From contig CALYRM010000002.1 in assembly GCA_945482995.1 (NCBI GenBank), positions 11,355-75,354 on the forward strand: a stretch of DNA of 64,000 bases, in the 5' to 3' direction. This DNA comes from an uncultured Clostridia bacterium. Lineage in GTDB: Bacteria; Bacillota; Clostridia; Christensenellales; CAG-1252. Below the pieces are notes generated by a model that was given only the letters and a program-made list of their open reading frames with translations, was not told where the DNA came from and did not search any database. The translations under genes and the position numbers were made by a program. Below are positions 9,113 to 19,136 of the stretch, piece after piece. The number at the start of each line of letters is the position of its first letter. The first letter of the stretch is position 1.

Positions 9113-10465
9113 TTATACGTCAATATCCATGTCGTCAATATCGGGATAATTGGCTTTTGCTAAGAAGTTCAATACATAATTATAGGAATCTTGAATAACC
9201 TGTCTTACGTCCTTATCGGTATAAGTCTTGTCTATAAGAATGCTGTACCACTTCCAATTCTCCGATTTCGGAAACTCCGATTCCTTTACGTAATCGTGTT
9301 TTGCTTTTAGCGCGTCTACGTATTTTTCGTCTGCTCTAAAAATAAGTTTTGATACGCCGTAGTTTTCGAACATGATTGCAAACATTGTTTCGCCCGCTTT
9401 CAAGATAGCCGGTCTATTGCCGACAAACTCAATTGCTGTGGGTTTTTCCTTTCCCGCCAATTTACGAGTAAAGGCGCACGCTTCGCTCTTGCCGAAATAT
9501 GCAATATTATATTTGCATTGCAGGTCTTTCACCACGGCAATAAACTGAGAATCCAAATAAGGATTATATTTGTCGGCTGCAGCCTTAACCTTATCGGAAT
9601 ACGGCGTACCTTTATAAACTATGCCTTTATCGGTTTTTTCAAATTCCTTTTGCGCGGTATACCTATAAGACAACTCGACTATATTTGTAGCGATAGCAAT
9701 AGAATTTGGGAAATCGCTCAAAATCAAGGAATACCAGTCCTCGCCAAAGTTAGGCGCTGGTTTAACCATTTCTCCTGCTTTTTCTTTTAGAGATTTATAG
9801 GTTGCTTGATGCACTCTCATAAAGACTTTCACAACCTTTTTCATAACGAAAACATATAGATATGGACAACCACCTGCGGTAACTCTAACATATGGTTCGT
9901 CTTCGGTTGGTGAAAATACCTCAATATTGATTTTATCCGATACAACACTCATTGAATAAATCTTATTTACAAGGTAATTTCTACTAACTACGGGAACTTC
10001 CGCCTTACGCTTTTCTACAAGCGCAATATAATCTTTATCTGTATTAATTACCGAGGATAACTCGCTACTTGCGCCTTTATCTAAGAGGAAATTGTCATCA
10101 ATTATATCATCGTCGATTATTTCGTCATCAATTATATCGTCAAGCAAATAGTCGTTTTCGGTGTAATCGAGAGAGGAGTTTTGAACCTTGTGCGATTCTT
10201 GACTTGTAACGTATTCTTCAAGTTGTTTACTCTCTTGGCTTGCCATTTTTTCAGCTTTCTTCTTTTGAATTTGTTTCAAAGAACTCTTAACGCCTACAAG
10301 ATAAAAAATACAAGCGCCCAAGAATAAACCGACCAAAATCGCCAAGATTACGCAAACGAAAAAAACTGCAATTTGAACGAGCGTCAAACCACCAAAAATG
10401 TCGTTTGCATTTAGTTTTGAAAAATCAATCGCATTTAATAAGTTATTCATTAACGAATCCTCCAT
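9113..10465 (-). CDS. N-terminally membrane-anchored protein with an acidic DDIIDD repeat linker and two tandem YjbR/MmcQ-like domains
   Basis: One TM (LTLVQIAVFFVCVILAILVGLFLGACIFYLVGV) followed by a Lys-rich stretch. Two internal repeats end in ...FGEDWYSLILSD and ...SENWKWYSILIDK, resembling the YjbR C-terminal pattern. Confidence 0.45.
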   Translation of the reverse strand: MEDSLMNNLLNAIDFSKLNANDIFGGLTLVQIAVFFVCVILAILVGLFLGACIFYLVGVKSSLKQIQKKKAEKMASQESKQLEEYVTSQESHKVQNSSLDYTENDYLLDDIIDDEIIDDDIIDDNFLLDKGASSELSSVINTDKDYIALVEKRKAEVPVVSRNYLVNKIYSMSVVSDKINIEVFSPTEDEPYVRVTAGGCPYLYVFVMKKVVKVFMRVHQATYKSLKEKAGEMVKPAPNFGEDWYSLILSDFPNSIAIATNIVELSYRYTAQKEFEKTDKGIVYKGTPYSDKVKAAADKYNPYLDSQFIAVVKDLQCKYNIAYFGKSEACAFTRKLAGKEKPTAIEFVGNRPAILKAGETMFAIMFENYGVSKLIFRADEKYVDALKAKHDYVKESEFPKSENWKWYSILIDKTYTDKDVRQVIQDSYNYVLNFLAKANYPDIDDMDIDV

Positions 10466-13400
10466 TTGCGTCTTAACATAGCATAAATTATGCCGAGAAT
10501 TATCAACAAAACAGCCAGTACTCCCATTGTGCCTATTCCAATATATCCCGATATTTTCAAAAGGAAGTTAGTTGCAGGTGCTTCTTTTTGTGCCTTTGGT
10601 GTGTACAATTCAAAATAAATAGGTTTGCCTGCGACGCTGTTTATTGTCGTACCGTCGGGGCTGACCATTTCGTCTATTTCCTTAACCACGTATACCCTTA
10701 TGTAATAAATGGTATCGGCTTCAATCGAGCTTATCGTTAAATTGTCCGAATATACTATTTCATTTTCGGAATTGTTGAAAACCTCGGTCAAATCAACGTC
10801 GCTATCGACCAAAGATGAAATTGTTGATTTACCGTGTTCGCCTTTAATGTAAGATAAAACGTACTTTGAGCCGTCCGATAATTCGGGAAGTTGTGTAAGA
10901 GTAATAGACGTTGAATCAAATGCAATATCTTTCTTCTTAATATCAGGTTTGGCGGCGATTGTATAAATTTCTCTTGACTGTACCTTTGATATATCCAATT
11001 CCTTATCATCTGTTCTTCGTGAAACACGAATGGTAAACGTCGTATTTGCAGTCATAGTCAAGTTATCAACGTTTTCGCTTGATAGAGAAATTGCTTTCCC
11101 CAAATCAAATATAGCATAATCAACAACCGCAGCGTCATCAGCATTATAAACTAAAGTTATGCACTCTAATGGAATATCGAAATTCAAGCCGTACTCAAAA
11201 ACGCCGTCATCTTGGATAGTTGCAAAATAATTATCGGCTTGATAATTTTTGACGTGGATAATAACATTGTCGGTATAAAGTTTATCCATAGGTTGATACC
11301 AATCGGGCGCGGTCAAGTCGGTACTAACGGATAAATCTAACAAAATATAATCTTGCCCCAAATCTAGGTAATCGTTATTCTTTGGAATGGTATATCTAAT
11401 TTCATAGTTTGTGCCTTCCAATAGAGAGGATATTTGATAACCGCCGCCAACTTTTTCAACATTGGCATCGGTAAACTCTCCGTTTATCTTATAGGTAATC
11501 ACAACCGGAATTACATTGCCCCAAAGGGTAAATTCGCTAACCGTAATAGTCTGACCTGTGGTTTTTGGATTCGCTTGACGCGCAGTAAATTTTATATCCG
11601 TTGTAACTTGTTTTAGTTTTGTTACCTCAATAGTCGCAGTTTTTGCATTGTTTGGATATTCGAACTTTATGTCGTAGTTAGCATTTTTGATATTTTTTGT
11701 TTCAATGTTATAAACGCCGGGTTTTGCGCCTTGTGCCGCAGCCGGTGAAAAAAGAGAGCCCAAAGAGTCATTACCAATAAGTCCCGTCTTGGTGCTGTCG
11801 GTTGCGTGTCTTACCGTATAGGTAGCAATGTTGCTGTTCGTTGGGTTTTTAAAATATCCTTCTGTACCAAAGGTTTTTGTGCCTTTTGATTCAACTCTTA
11901 CAATTATCGCTCTTTTTTTGATATTAAAGGTAACGTCTATATAGTTCGAATTGTTTGCAAACATATATATACTGCCGTCAACAAGCGTGATTCTTGCAGT
12001 GTATGTACCTATGTTTATAGGCGACGAAGTTAAAGCAGTTCTAAACGAAGTACCATTTGAGTATTCAACGTTGACTTCGTATGCGTTACCCTCTATGTCA
12101 CCTTCTATTATTGGGGTTACAGTCTCGCCGTCATACTCTTTGTCGCCAATGTTTACCGTAAGTTCTTTCTTATTAATTCTTATTGCAACAACCATTTGAC
12201 CGTCAACAGTCAAATCCGCAAACAAATAATTATAGTTATCGGCAACTATGCTTGTCGCGCGATATATGCCGGGGGTTACGTTATTCAATGAATCATGATT
12301 GAACTTGATATCAAAAGCAAACCTAACACTGAAAGTTATCGGATCGGGAAGCATACTATCATTTTCGCCAATTTCTTCCGGAAGTCGCTTTGCAAAGTTC
12401 AAATCGACCGTGGAATAATCGGAACTTGGTGTGCCATATGCGTAACTGTTTATCACATATAAGCCATCAACCACGTCAACGGTGTTTATAAATTCGTTTG
12501 CGCTTAATAAGTCCGAGAGCAACAGTTCCTTAGCGGTAACTGTGTAGTGCAAACTTTCGTGAATGGTTGCGTTATATCTAAAATCTTCGATGGTTTCGGG
12601 ATCGATTGCATATTCGCCCTTGTTTAGGATAACTTTTCCGTCAATGTTATAAAAATTCGGATTTGCAAGGTAGGTTTGGAATTCCTTTATTCTAAAAGGT
12701 ATCGTAATATCAGAATCCAAAACGTCATCGCCATTGGTATCGATACGAACGGTTGTGGTGCTTCTTTCGCTGTATGCCTTGCCATATGGATGTGAAAACG
12801 CATCGGTCGAAACAGCAATAAGGCTTACACCATCCTGTGGCTCGATACTAATCTCGGTGTTTTCGGCGTAGAGCATTATAGTCTTTTTGTCGATTTTAAA
12901 TGTGGACAAATTGTCTTGTCTTATTTCAAAATTGGAGTTATCTAAAATTGCATTGTTATAAATGACCTTGTTTAATATCGGAGAACAGGTATAGTTATCG
13001 GCAACATATAAAGAATAAACGCTTACGTCGTCGCTCAACATAGGGAAGAGTGCGTCCAAAGTTGTGTTGATGCTATAACTGTATTCAACCTGCAGATCGC
13101 TGTTTTTATAAACCGTTCCTTCATAGAAATAGTGAATTAAATTTTCATTGCCAAACATTTCAGAGTTATTCGATCCAGACTTAAAGTTTATCAAGTCGTA
13201 ATCGGAAATCGGAACGGAAACATTATCTCCGTCAATCACAAGGTTTTCCTTTAAAATACAGTCTTGCTTGTAAATACTTTCAAAGTCATAGGTTGGCGCA
13301 ACGATGATAAGTTTGTTTATGGTGAGCTTAATTTTATACTTCGAGGACACTTTATAATACGAAGTTACGTCAGTTTCGCCCAACACTATTTTTATATTGT

Positions 13401-14163
13401 CATTGGTGAAAATAAATTCGGGATATTCGCCCACATTTTCATAAGCATTGAACGTAAAATCAGAAAATTGGTGATTGAAAACCAAATTGTTTCCTTCGCT
13501 AATAACAAGCTTCAAAGCCGAATTGATAGAATATGTACGACTTAACGACAAAGTATCGTTTTCAACGCTCGAAACAAAACCAAAGGAATTAGCCAAGTCA
13601 ACGTCTACAGTGATTGTTCTTTGCTTAACTTTAACTGTCAAAATTTGAGAAGAATATCTTTCCAAATAAATAACCTCAGCGGTTTCTTCACCGCTTGCAT
13701 TTATTGCGGTCAACGTGGCGAAAGCGCCCTTTTGTTTTGTGTAACCGGCGCCTATTGTATAGGTTTTGTTAGGAGCAACGTTGCACAATCCATTTTTATC
13801 ATATGGCTTAGAAAACTTATTTGAACCGCTTTGAGCTTCTAACTCGCCATTAGGATCGACTATATACAAATTAAGCCTGCACTTATATTGATAATATTCG
13901 CCATTCGAATTGCTTGAAATCGTGCTTGTCGGCGTAAATGCCCCTGCCTCAATGTTGCCATACGAAACAAAAACATCGTTAGTCGAATCATACACCCACT
14001 GCGCCTCGTTCAAGATAAAATCGCCGTACTCGACTTCAAAGCTGTCTCCTAGCGACAACGACGGCACGTCGGCAAAAGCCTCGGAGGGAGAACCAACCGC
14101 AAACAACACCACGGTCAGTAACGCAACAACAGGTATTAAAAACAACAATTTTTTAATTCGCAT
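10450..14163 (-). CDS. large cell-surface protein with MBG (YDG-motif) repeats and a C-terminal TM anchor
   Basis: Signal peptide ending SEAFA. KEYDGETVTP and related Ig-like repeats. C-terminal TM plus RRKWRIR. Overlaps the downstream gene by 16 nt. Confidence 0.6.
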   Translation of the reverse strand: MRIKKLLFLIPVVALLTVVLFAVGSPSEAFADVPSLSLGDSFEVEYGDFILNEAQWVYDSTNDVFVSYGNIEAGAFTPTSTISSNSNGEYYQYKCRLNLYIVDPNGELEAQSGSNKFSKPYDKNGLCNVAPNKTYTIGAGYTKQKGAFATLTAINASGEETAEVIYLERYSSQILTVKVKQRTITVDVDLANSFGFVSSVENDTLSLSRTYSINSALKLVISEGNNLVFNHQFSDFTFNAYENVGEYPEFIFTNDNIKIVLGETDVTSYYKVSSKYKIKLTINKLIIVAPTYDFESIYKQDCILKENLVIDGDNVSVPISDYDLINFKSGSNNSEMFGNENLIHYFYEGTVYKNSDLQVEYSYSINTTLDALFPMLSDDVSVYSLYVADNYTCSPILNKVIYNNAILDNSNFEIRQDNLSTFKIDKKTIMLYAENTEISIEPQDGVSLIAVSTDAFSHPYGKAYSERSTTTVRIDTNGDDVLDSDITIPFRIKEFQTYLANPNFYNIDGKVILNKGEYAIDPETIEDFRYNATIHESLHYTVTAKELLLSDLLSANEFINTVDVVDGLYVINSYAYGTPSSDYSTVDLNFAKRLPEEIGENDSMLPDPITFSVRFAFDIKFNHDSLNNVTPGIYRATSIVADNYNYLFADLTVDGQMVVAIRINKKELTVNIGDKEYDGETVTPIIEGDIEGNAYEVNVEYSNGTSFRTALTSSPINIGTYTARITLVDGSIYMFANNSNYIDVTFNIKKRAIIVRVESKGTKTFGTEGYFKNPTNSNIATYTVRHATDSTKTGLIGNDSLGSLFSPAAAQGAKPGVYNIETKNIKNANYDIKFEYPNNAKTATIEVTKLKQVTTDIKFTARQANPKTTGQTITVSEFTLWGNVIPVVITYKINGEFTDANVEKVGGGYQISSLLEGTNYEIRYTIPKNNDYLDLGQDYILLDLSVSTDLTAPDWYQPMDKLYTDNVIIHVKNYQADNYFATIQDDGVFEYGLNFDIPLECITLVYNADDAAVVDYAIFDLGKAISLSSENVDNLTMTANTTFTIRVSRRTDDKELDISKVQSREIYTIAAKPDIKKKDIAFDSTSITLTQLPELSDGSKYVLSYIKGEHGKSTISSLVDSDVDLTEVFNNSENEIVYSDNLTISSIEADTIYYIRVYVVKEIDEMVSPDGTTINSVAGKPIYFELYTPKAQKEAPATNFLLKISGYIGIGTMGVLAVLLIILGIIYAMLRRKWRIR

Positions 14164-14310
14164 TATAGCACCTCTCAGCTTTGGATAATTCGTATATAGC
14201 TATACTCCTATATATTATAGTACATTTATATTGTAAAATCAATAGCAAATTTTTAATAGAACAATTTTGATTGGGAATAAATCGAAGATCAACTCAATAA
14301 AATATCGTAA

Positions 14311-15270
14311 ATGGAAGAATTTGCAGGATATTTATTCATAATCGGCGGAATTTGTATGTTCTTTTGGGGAATGAAGTATTTTTCGTCGGGCGTTGGTTCA
14401 ATAGTCGGGTCAAAAGGTATTTTTACAAAAAACAAAAAACCACTCAAAAAAGGGGGCTATTATTTGGTTGGAGTGGTTACGACTGCCATTATTCAATCAT
14501 CAGACGCGACCACTATTTTGTCTATGAATATGGCGAAGGATAAACTTGTAACAAAGGAAAACGCCCTTTCAATTGCTTTGGGGGCAAGACTCGGAACAAC
14601 AATTACCGCGCTTATTGCGTCACTTGGAAAATTTCAAATATCACCTATTATTCTATCCATTTCGCTTGCCGTGTCGCTTTTGTTGCCAAAGGAAAGGAAA
14701 CTGGCAAAAGAATCACTTTTGGGCTTGGGACTCTTTTTCGGCGGACTTACCATTCTCGACTTTGGCGTCGACATGGTAAACGGTAGCCTTCAAGCCTTAT
14801 TTCAAGGTCAATCAAGTTTCTTTTTGCTCTTCGTTATGGGGTTGCTTATTACGGCGATTTTTCAATCATCATCAGCGGTTACGAGCGTTCTTGCCATACT
14901 TACCGCAGCTAACTCAATTGGAATTGAAAAAGCCATATTTGTACTATTAGGCGCGACAATCGGAACAACCGCCACACCGCTATTGGCAAGCATAAAAATG
15001 GATAGTGTATCAAAATATATAGCCGTTACCTATGTTTTGATGACATTTTTGATAGGAGTCGTCGGATTTATTATTTGTCGCATTTTTGTAAAGCCCATAG
15101 TAGGATTATTATCAATAATTCCGAATACGCTACAACTTGCCGTATTCGGAATTATATATGGGTTTATTTCGTCTTTTTGTTGTCTACTTCTTCAAACGCC
15201 TTTGGAAAAATTGTTTAAAGGTGTGTTGGGAAAAATTAAGTTCTGCAAAAACTTATTTGCAAAATCGTAA
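14311..15270 (+). CDS. Na+/phosphate cotransporter family protein (NptA/PF02690-like)
   Basis: Duplicated motif IIQSSDATTILSM / IFQSSSAVTSVLAIL; polytopic. Confidence 0.75.
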   Translation: MEEFAGYLFIIGGICMFFWGMKYFSSGVGSIVGSKGIFTKNKKPLKKGGYYLVGVVTTAIIQSSDATTILSMNMAKDKLVTKENALSIALGARLGTTITALIASLGKFQISPIILSISLAVSLLLPKERKLAKESLLGLGLFFGGLTILDFGVDMVNGSLQALFQGQSSFFLLFVMGLLITAIFQSSSAVTSVLAILTAANSIGIEKAIFVLLGATIGTTATPLLASIKMDSVSKYIAVTYVLMTFLIGVVGFIICRIFVKPIVGLLSIIPNTLQLAVFGIIYGFISSFCCLLLQTPLEKLFKGVLGKIKFCKNLFAKS

Positions 15271-15298
15271 TCATCTGCAAACTATTGCAGATTTCATT

Positions 15299-15322
15299 GT
15301 AGGATAGCAAACGCTATCCTAC
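15299..15322. terminator. hairpin between convergent genes; member of the second (GCTATC...CAATGRAATCT) hairpin repeat family
   Basis: gtaggatagc-aaac-gctatcctac, with flanks matching the copies at 875-908 and 59823-59866. Confidence 0.5.
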
Positions 15323-18003
15323 CTTATCTCTACTTCTCCGTTAGATACGACGATACCGTCAATTTGTTTTTCGGATAATTCTTCGAGACTAGAAACAATG
15401 CCATCATTGTTCGGATATAATATTGGCATATTGGGCATACCCTCTTGGGTGTAGATTAAGTTTCCATTTTCGTCAACCGATGAATCGTAATCGTTATAAG
15501 CAACGAAGCCATCAATAGCAATTGCATAACAGTTTTCAACCGACGAAATACCATTTTTTAAGTTGATTAACGCAAACAATAATGCTTGTGTGTTTCCGTT
15601 TGATGTTATCTTACCAACTGAAACGGAAGAATAAACCTTGCTATCGGCAGCTTCTCCTATTAAACCTGCGATATAATTCCTTGTTTCTATTCCGTTCTTT
15701 ACGCTTTCAATTTCACCCTTATTAAGGCATGAACGCAGTTCGCTTTGAATGGTACCGCCAACTATTCCGCCCAAAACGAAAGAATATGTCGTATGAGTAT
15801 ACGTCGATATCTTACCTGTATTTGTACATTTTGTAATATTGGTATTTATCGCACTACCCGCGATACCACCCAAATAGCTTCCGTTTTTTACGTTACCGCT
15901 ATTAGAAGAATTTTCAATTAACAAAAGATTATCATCCTTTTCTGCTATGCTTCTACCGACGATACCGCCCAAATACGGATAGCCCTGCTTCGCCCCGTCT
16001 ATATCGGCGCTATTATTTGAAGATATAATTTTACCGTAAGTTCTTTTTGCCGACAAGCCAACTATGCCACCGACATAAGAGATATACTCGCTTTGCGTTA
16101 TGACGATATCACCTGTTTGGGTGTTTTCACAATTTTCGATTTCACCGTCTGAGTAACCGGCTATTCCACCGAGATAGCTAGTCATACCTTTTGTACTAAG
16201 AGTGATTTTGCCACTGTTTTTACAGTCGGTTATTCTTCCTATTTCGCTTTCCTTTCCGTTTACCGATACCACGTTATTTGCAGCAATACCGCCACCCCCG
16301 CACTGAATTTTATCAATATTTTCGTTAAGTGCATTCATATTGCCATAAATGAATAGGTTGGACAAATTATTAGACAATGTAATTTCACCGCTATTGTAGC
16401 CTACAATTGACGCAAAACCACCATTCCAAATATTGACTCTATACGTTGCGTCCGAGGTACAAGATTCCACTTTTCCTGTGTTTGCCCCTGCTAATCCCGC
16501 GGAATAGCTGACCGTAGGGTAAACCGACATAATATCAATATATAAGTTACCGCTAACTGTGCAATCTTTGATAACGCCCGAGCTACTTCCTACAAGTCCA
16601 CCGACCGAAGTTATTGCTTTGTCCGAGGTTATCTTGATAGTATTTGAGCCTTCACCGGAACCTGCAAAATTAATATTCACATTGTTTATTTCTCCAAAGT
16701 TGATTGCTACCAACACGCCGAACTTATCAACCGAATAATCGTTTAGTTCGATATCAGTTTTGACTAATATATTCAAGTCGGAAACGCTTGCCCCCTTGTC
16801 AAGTCTTAGGAATATTGGCATACTACTTCCTTCCACAATAACCCTACGAGAATTACCAATCAACGTGCCTTTAAATCCCTTTGAATAACTCGAAAACATG
16901 CCTACAGGTATATAATTTTTGTTAAAAACTAGTCCGTCTGCGAACGTAAAGAAGCCTTCTTGCTCGGACAAATAAAGCATATCTTCGGGCTTGGTTATCT
17001 CATACGGATTGCTTTCGGAATTATCGCTAAAATCCACAAACTTTGGTGTAAGCGTTAGATTTTTTTTAAATATATTATCATTCGCTAAACTGCCGTTCTC
17101 ATCATACCAACCTACAAAAAGCTTTCCTGTAATTTTGGGAATAGGCATAATAATTTTTGTCCCATAATCGGCAGTGCGTATTACTTCAAATTCGTTTTCA
17201 ATTTCATAGCCCGAGATATCGAAACTTACGGTATACTGATTTATTTTCCAGCCTGCGTATAGGTTTGCGTCCTTTTCGGGAAGTTTGCCATTAGCCGAAA
17301 TTGTCAGCAGTTCGTCATAGAACCACCCCAAGAAAGTAAAGCCTTCCTTTTCGGGATTTTCAATGGTGATATCGCCACCACGTACGCCGTCCTCTTTGCC
17401 GTAATGTGTGAGTCCGTCATAATAATTTACGGTAACGTTGATACAAGCCAAAACGATCATTGGGATAGAAAGAGCAAGCATACAAGCGATTATAGCCGTA
17501 AATAAAAGGATTTTAAATCTACCACTGCGTTTATTGCGGATCTTGACTATTCCATATGAATTGCCGTTATTTTGTAGTTTGTATCCGACATCATTTAACA
17601 GTGTTTCCATTCGGTTTTTTGACGTAATTGTTTTTAGACCTGTAACTTTTATTATCGTATCGGCAAAAGTGGCATCTAAAACAACGAACGCGACCTCACA
17701 TGGCTCGATAAATCTTGCGGTTTGAAAAACCAATGAATATTTACTAAACGCTTGCAATTGTTTTTCAAGAAGTAGTGACGGTGCGTCATGCTCGGAAAAT
17801 ACATTTTGACTTTTATAGATTGGCAACAAATACTCGATAATAGTTCTTGAATTAAAAAGAATTGCCACGCTAACTAGTGGCATATTCCCCATTTTATAGT
17901 TTAATAATTCGCCGTTATTCTGAATTTCGATTTTAAATGCGGCGATATCGTCATTAACTATCAAATCAAGTATCTTTTTACAGTATTCCGCCTCGTTTTC
18001 CAT
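15319..18003 (-). CDS. membrane-anchored surface protein with InlB B-repeat (Listeria-Bacteroides repeat) and GLUG-motif repeats
   Basis: TM near aa 165-190. GWFYDE...LYAGWKINQYTVSF and VGWYDENG B-repeats. Many GG(I/L)(A/V)G GLUG-like repeats. Confidence 0.6.
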   Translation of the reverse strand: MENEAEYCKKILDLIVNDDIAAFKIEIQNNGELLNYKMGNMPLVSVAILFNSRTIIEYLLPIYKSQNVFSEHDAPSLLLEKQLQAFSKYSLVFQTARFIEPCEVAFVVLDATFADTIIKVTGLKTITSKNRMETLLNDVGYKLQNNGNSYGIVKIRNKRSGRFKILLFTAIIACMLALSIPMIVLACINVTVNYYDGLTHYGKEDGVRGGDITIENPEKEGFTFLGWFYDELLTISANGKLPEKDANLYAGWKINQYTVSFDISGYEIENEFEVIRTADYGTKIIMPIPKITGKLFVGWYDENGSLANDNIFKKNLTLTPKFVDFSDNSESNPYEITKPEDMLYLSEQEGFFTFADGLVFNKNYIPVGMFSSYSKGFKGTLIGNSRRVIVEGSSMPIFLRLDKGASVSDLNILVKTDIELNDYSVDKFGVLVAINFGEINNVNINFAGSGEGSNTIKITSDKAITSVGGLVGSSSGVIKDCTVSGNLYIDIMSVYPTVSYSAGLAGANTGKVESCTSDATYRVNIWNGGFASIVGYNSGEITLSNNLSNLFIYGNMNALNENIDKIQCGGGGIAANNVVSVNGKESEIGRITDCKNSGKITLSTKGMTSYLGGIAGYSDGEIENCENTQTGDIVITQSEYISYVGGIVGLSAKRTYGKIISSNNSADIDGAKQGYPYLGGIVGRSIAEKDDNLLLIENSSNSGNVKNGSYLGGIAGSAINTNITKCTNTGKISTYTHTTYSFVLGGIVGGTIQSELRSCLNKGEIESVKNGIETRNYIAGLIGEAADSKVYSSVSVGKITSNGNTQALLFALINLKNGISSVENCYAIAIDGFVAYNDYDSSVDENGNLIYTQEGMPNMPILYPNNDGIVSSLEELSEKQIDGIVVSNGEVEIR

Positions 18004-18029
18004 AAAAGTTTTACTCCTTAAATTAGCGT

Positions 18030-18287
18030 TTAATCAGCAATATTTTCAACCGTCAACTTTGTAAAATCTATAGGTTCGATAAAATCTCTTTCCTTATATT
18101 CTGTGATATTAAAACGCACCAAGCTATTGAAGTGCATGCTTAGAGTAATCGGAGTAGATAAATCGAGTTTATGACACACTTCCGACAACGTGCTTTCGTA
18201 GTTATCCGTATTTAATGGAAGTTCATTCTGGACAACAACGTTTTGCAATATTTTTTCTTCTTTAATTACCTTAATCCAAAGTTTCAT
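18030..18287 (-). CDS. small hypothetical protein (85 aa), probably co-transcribed with the GLUG protein
   Basis: ORF ends 26 nt upstream of the next gene on the same strand. No recognisable motif. Confidence 0.4.
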   Translation of the reverse strand: MKLWIKVIKEEKILQNVVVQNELPLNTDNYESTLSEVCHKLDLSTPITLSMHFNSLVRFNITEYKERDFIEPIDFTKLTVENIAD

Positions 18288-18792
18288 AGTTTTAAATGCT
18301 TATAGTGATTTATGTTATTTTAGGCATTACCAATTGATTTAATCCTTACTTTCATTCTGAAAACGGCGTTTTAAGGATTATTTATAATTTATCCCAAAGT
18401 ATTAGTGCCGGCTTTTATTATAACATACATTTATCAAAAATCAAACTAAATAGCGGCTAAGAATAGTTAAAGCATTCGGCTTGAATCATGTGCAACGTAA
18501 AATTGCGGATTATTTTATTGGTATGGCTACATTTTTTAGACGCTCATATTACGTTTTTCCGACGATCTTTTGTTCTATCACTACACTTTTACCAACGAAC
18601 CTTTGGCTTTTACCACACTTTTTCGGACGAACCATAAAAGATAGATTATATCATTCTTAATCATTGCCGAGCGATATTTTCTTATTTATAAAAGTATTTT
18701 AGCTCAAAAATCGTTTTTTTGTTGAATTATCAAAAATACAGTGTTATTATATTAAAAGGGTAGCTAAAACTCAAGATTTTGCAATTGTGCCT

Positions 18793-19100
18793 AACAAGGA
18801 TTAGATTCTTCGACTGCGCTTAAGAATGACAAAGCGGATGAGATTTCTCCACTTCGGTCGAAATGACGATTAGTTGTAATGGCTGTACACTTGCCTTGCA
18901 ATGAATCAGTGCTAGTAGTGAGATTCCTCCACGTTGGTCGGAATGACAAACAAGGATAAGGTCCCTCGACTACGCTTTCAGGATGACAGCCCTGCTGTCA
19001 ATTCACCTTCGACTTCGTTTCACTACACTTAAGAATGACAATTGCTATGGCTCAAAATGACATAATGACTCAAAATGACATTTTAGCTCAAAATGATAAA
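18793..19100. repeat. mosaic array of the modular repeat plus a CTCAAAATGA micro-tandem
   Basis: Successive ...aagaatgac / ...gaaatgac / ...ggaatgac / ...aggatgacagccctgctgtc modules, then gctcaaaatgac repeated 3-4 times. Confidence 0.8.
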
Positions 19101-19136
19101 TGTAATAACAATTTCAAAGGAGAATATATAAATTTT

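Noticed and set aside
8905-9138. 77-aa ORF downstream of the 9113..10465 gene
   Set aside because: It spans the terminator hairpin, overlaps the 3' end of the upstream gene, and has no RBS or recognisable features.
11011-11026. parS-like sequence tgttcttcgtgaaaca
   Set aside because: It has three mismatches to TGTTNCACGTGAAACA with the central palindrome broken, it is inside the adhesin CDS, and no other half-sites lie nearby.
18560-18640. DnaA-box-like words (tatcactacac, ttaccacac) in the large intergenic region
   Set aside because: Each has two or more mismatches to TTATCCACA, there is no adjacent AT-rich unwinding element, and a much better cluster exists between dnaA and dnaN.
19035-19136. 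N-terminal extension of the M18 aminopeptidase proposed by the ORF track
   Set aside because: The extension (MTIAMAQNDIMTQNDILAQNDK...) is translated from the repeat array and micro-tandem. A canonical RBS (aaaggaga) precedes the in-frame ATG at 19137.
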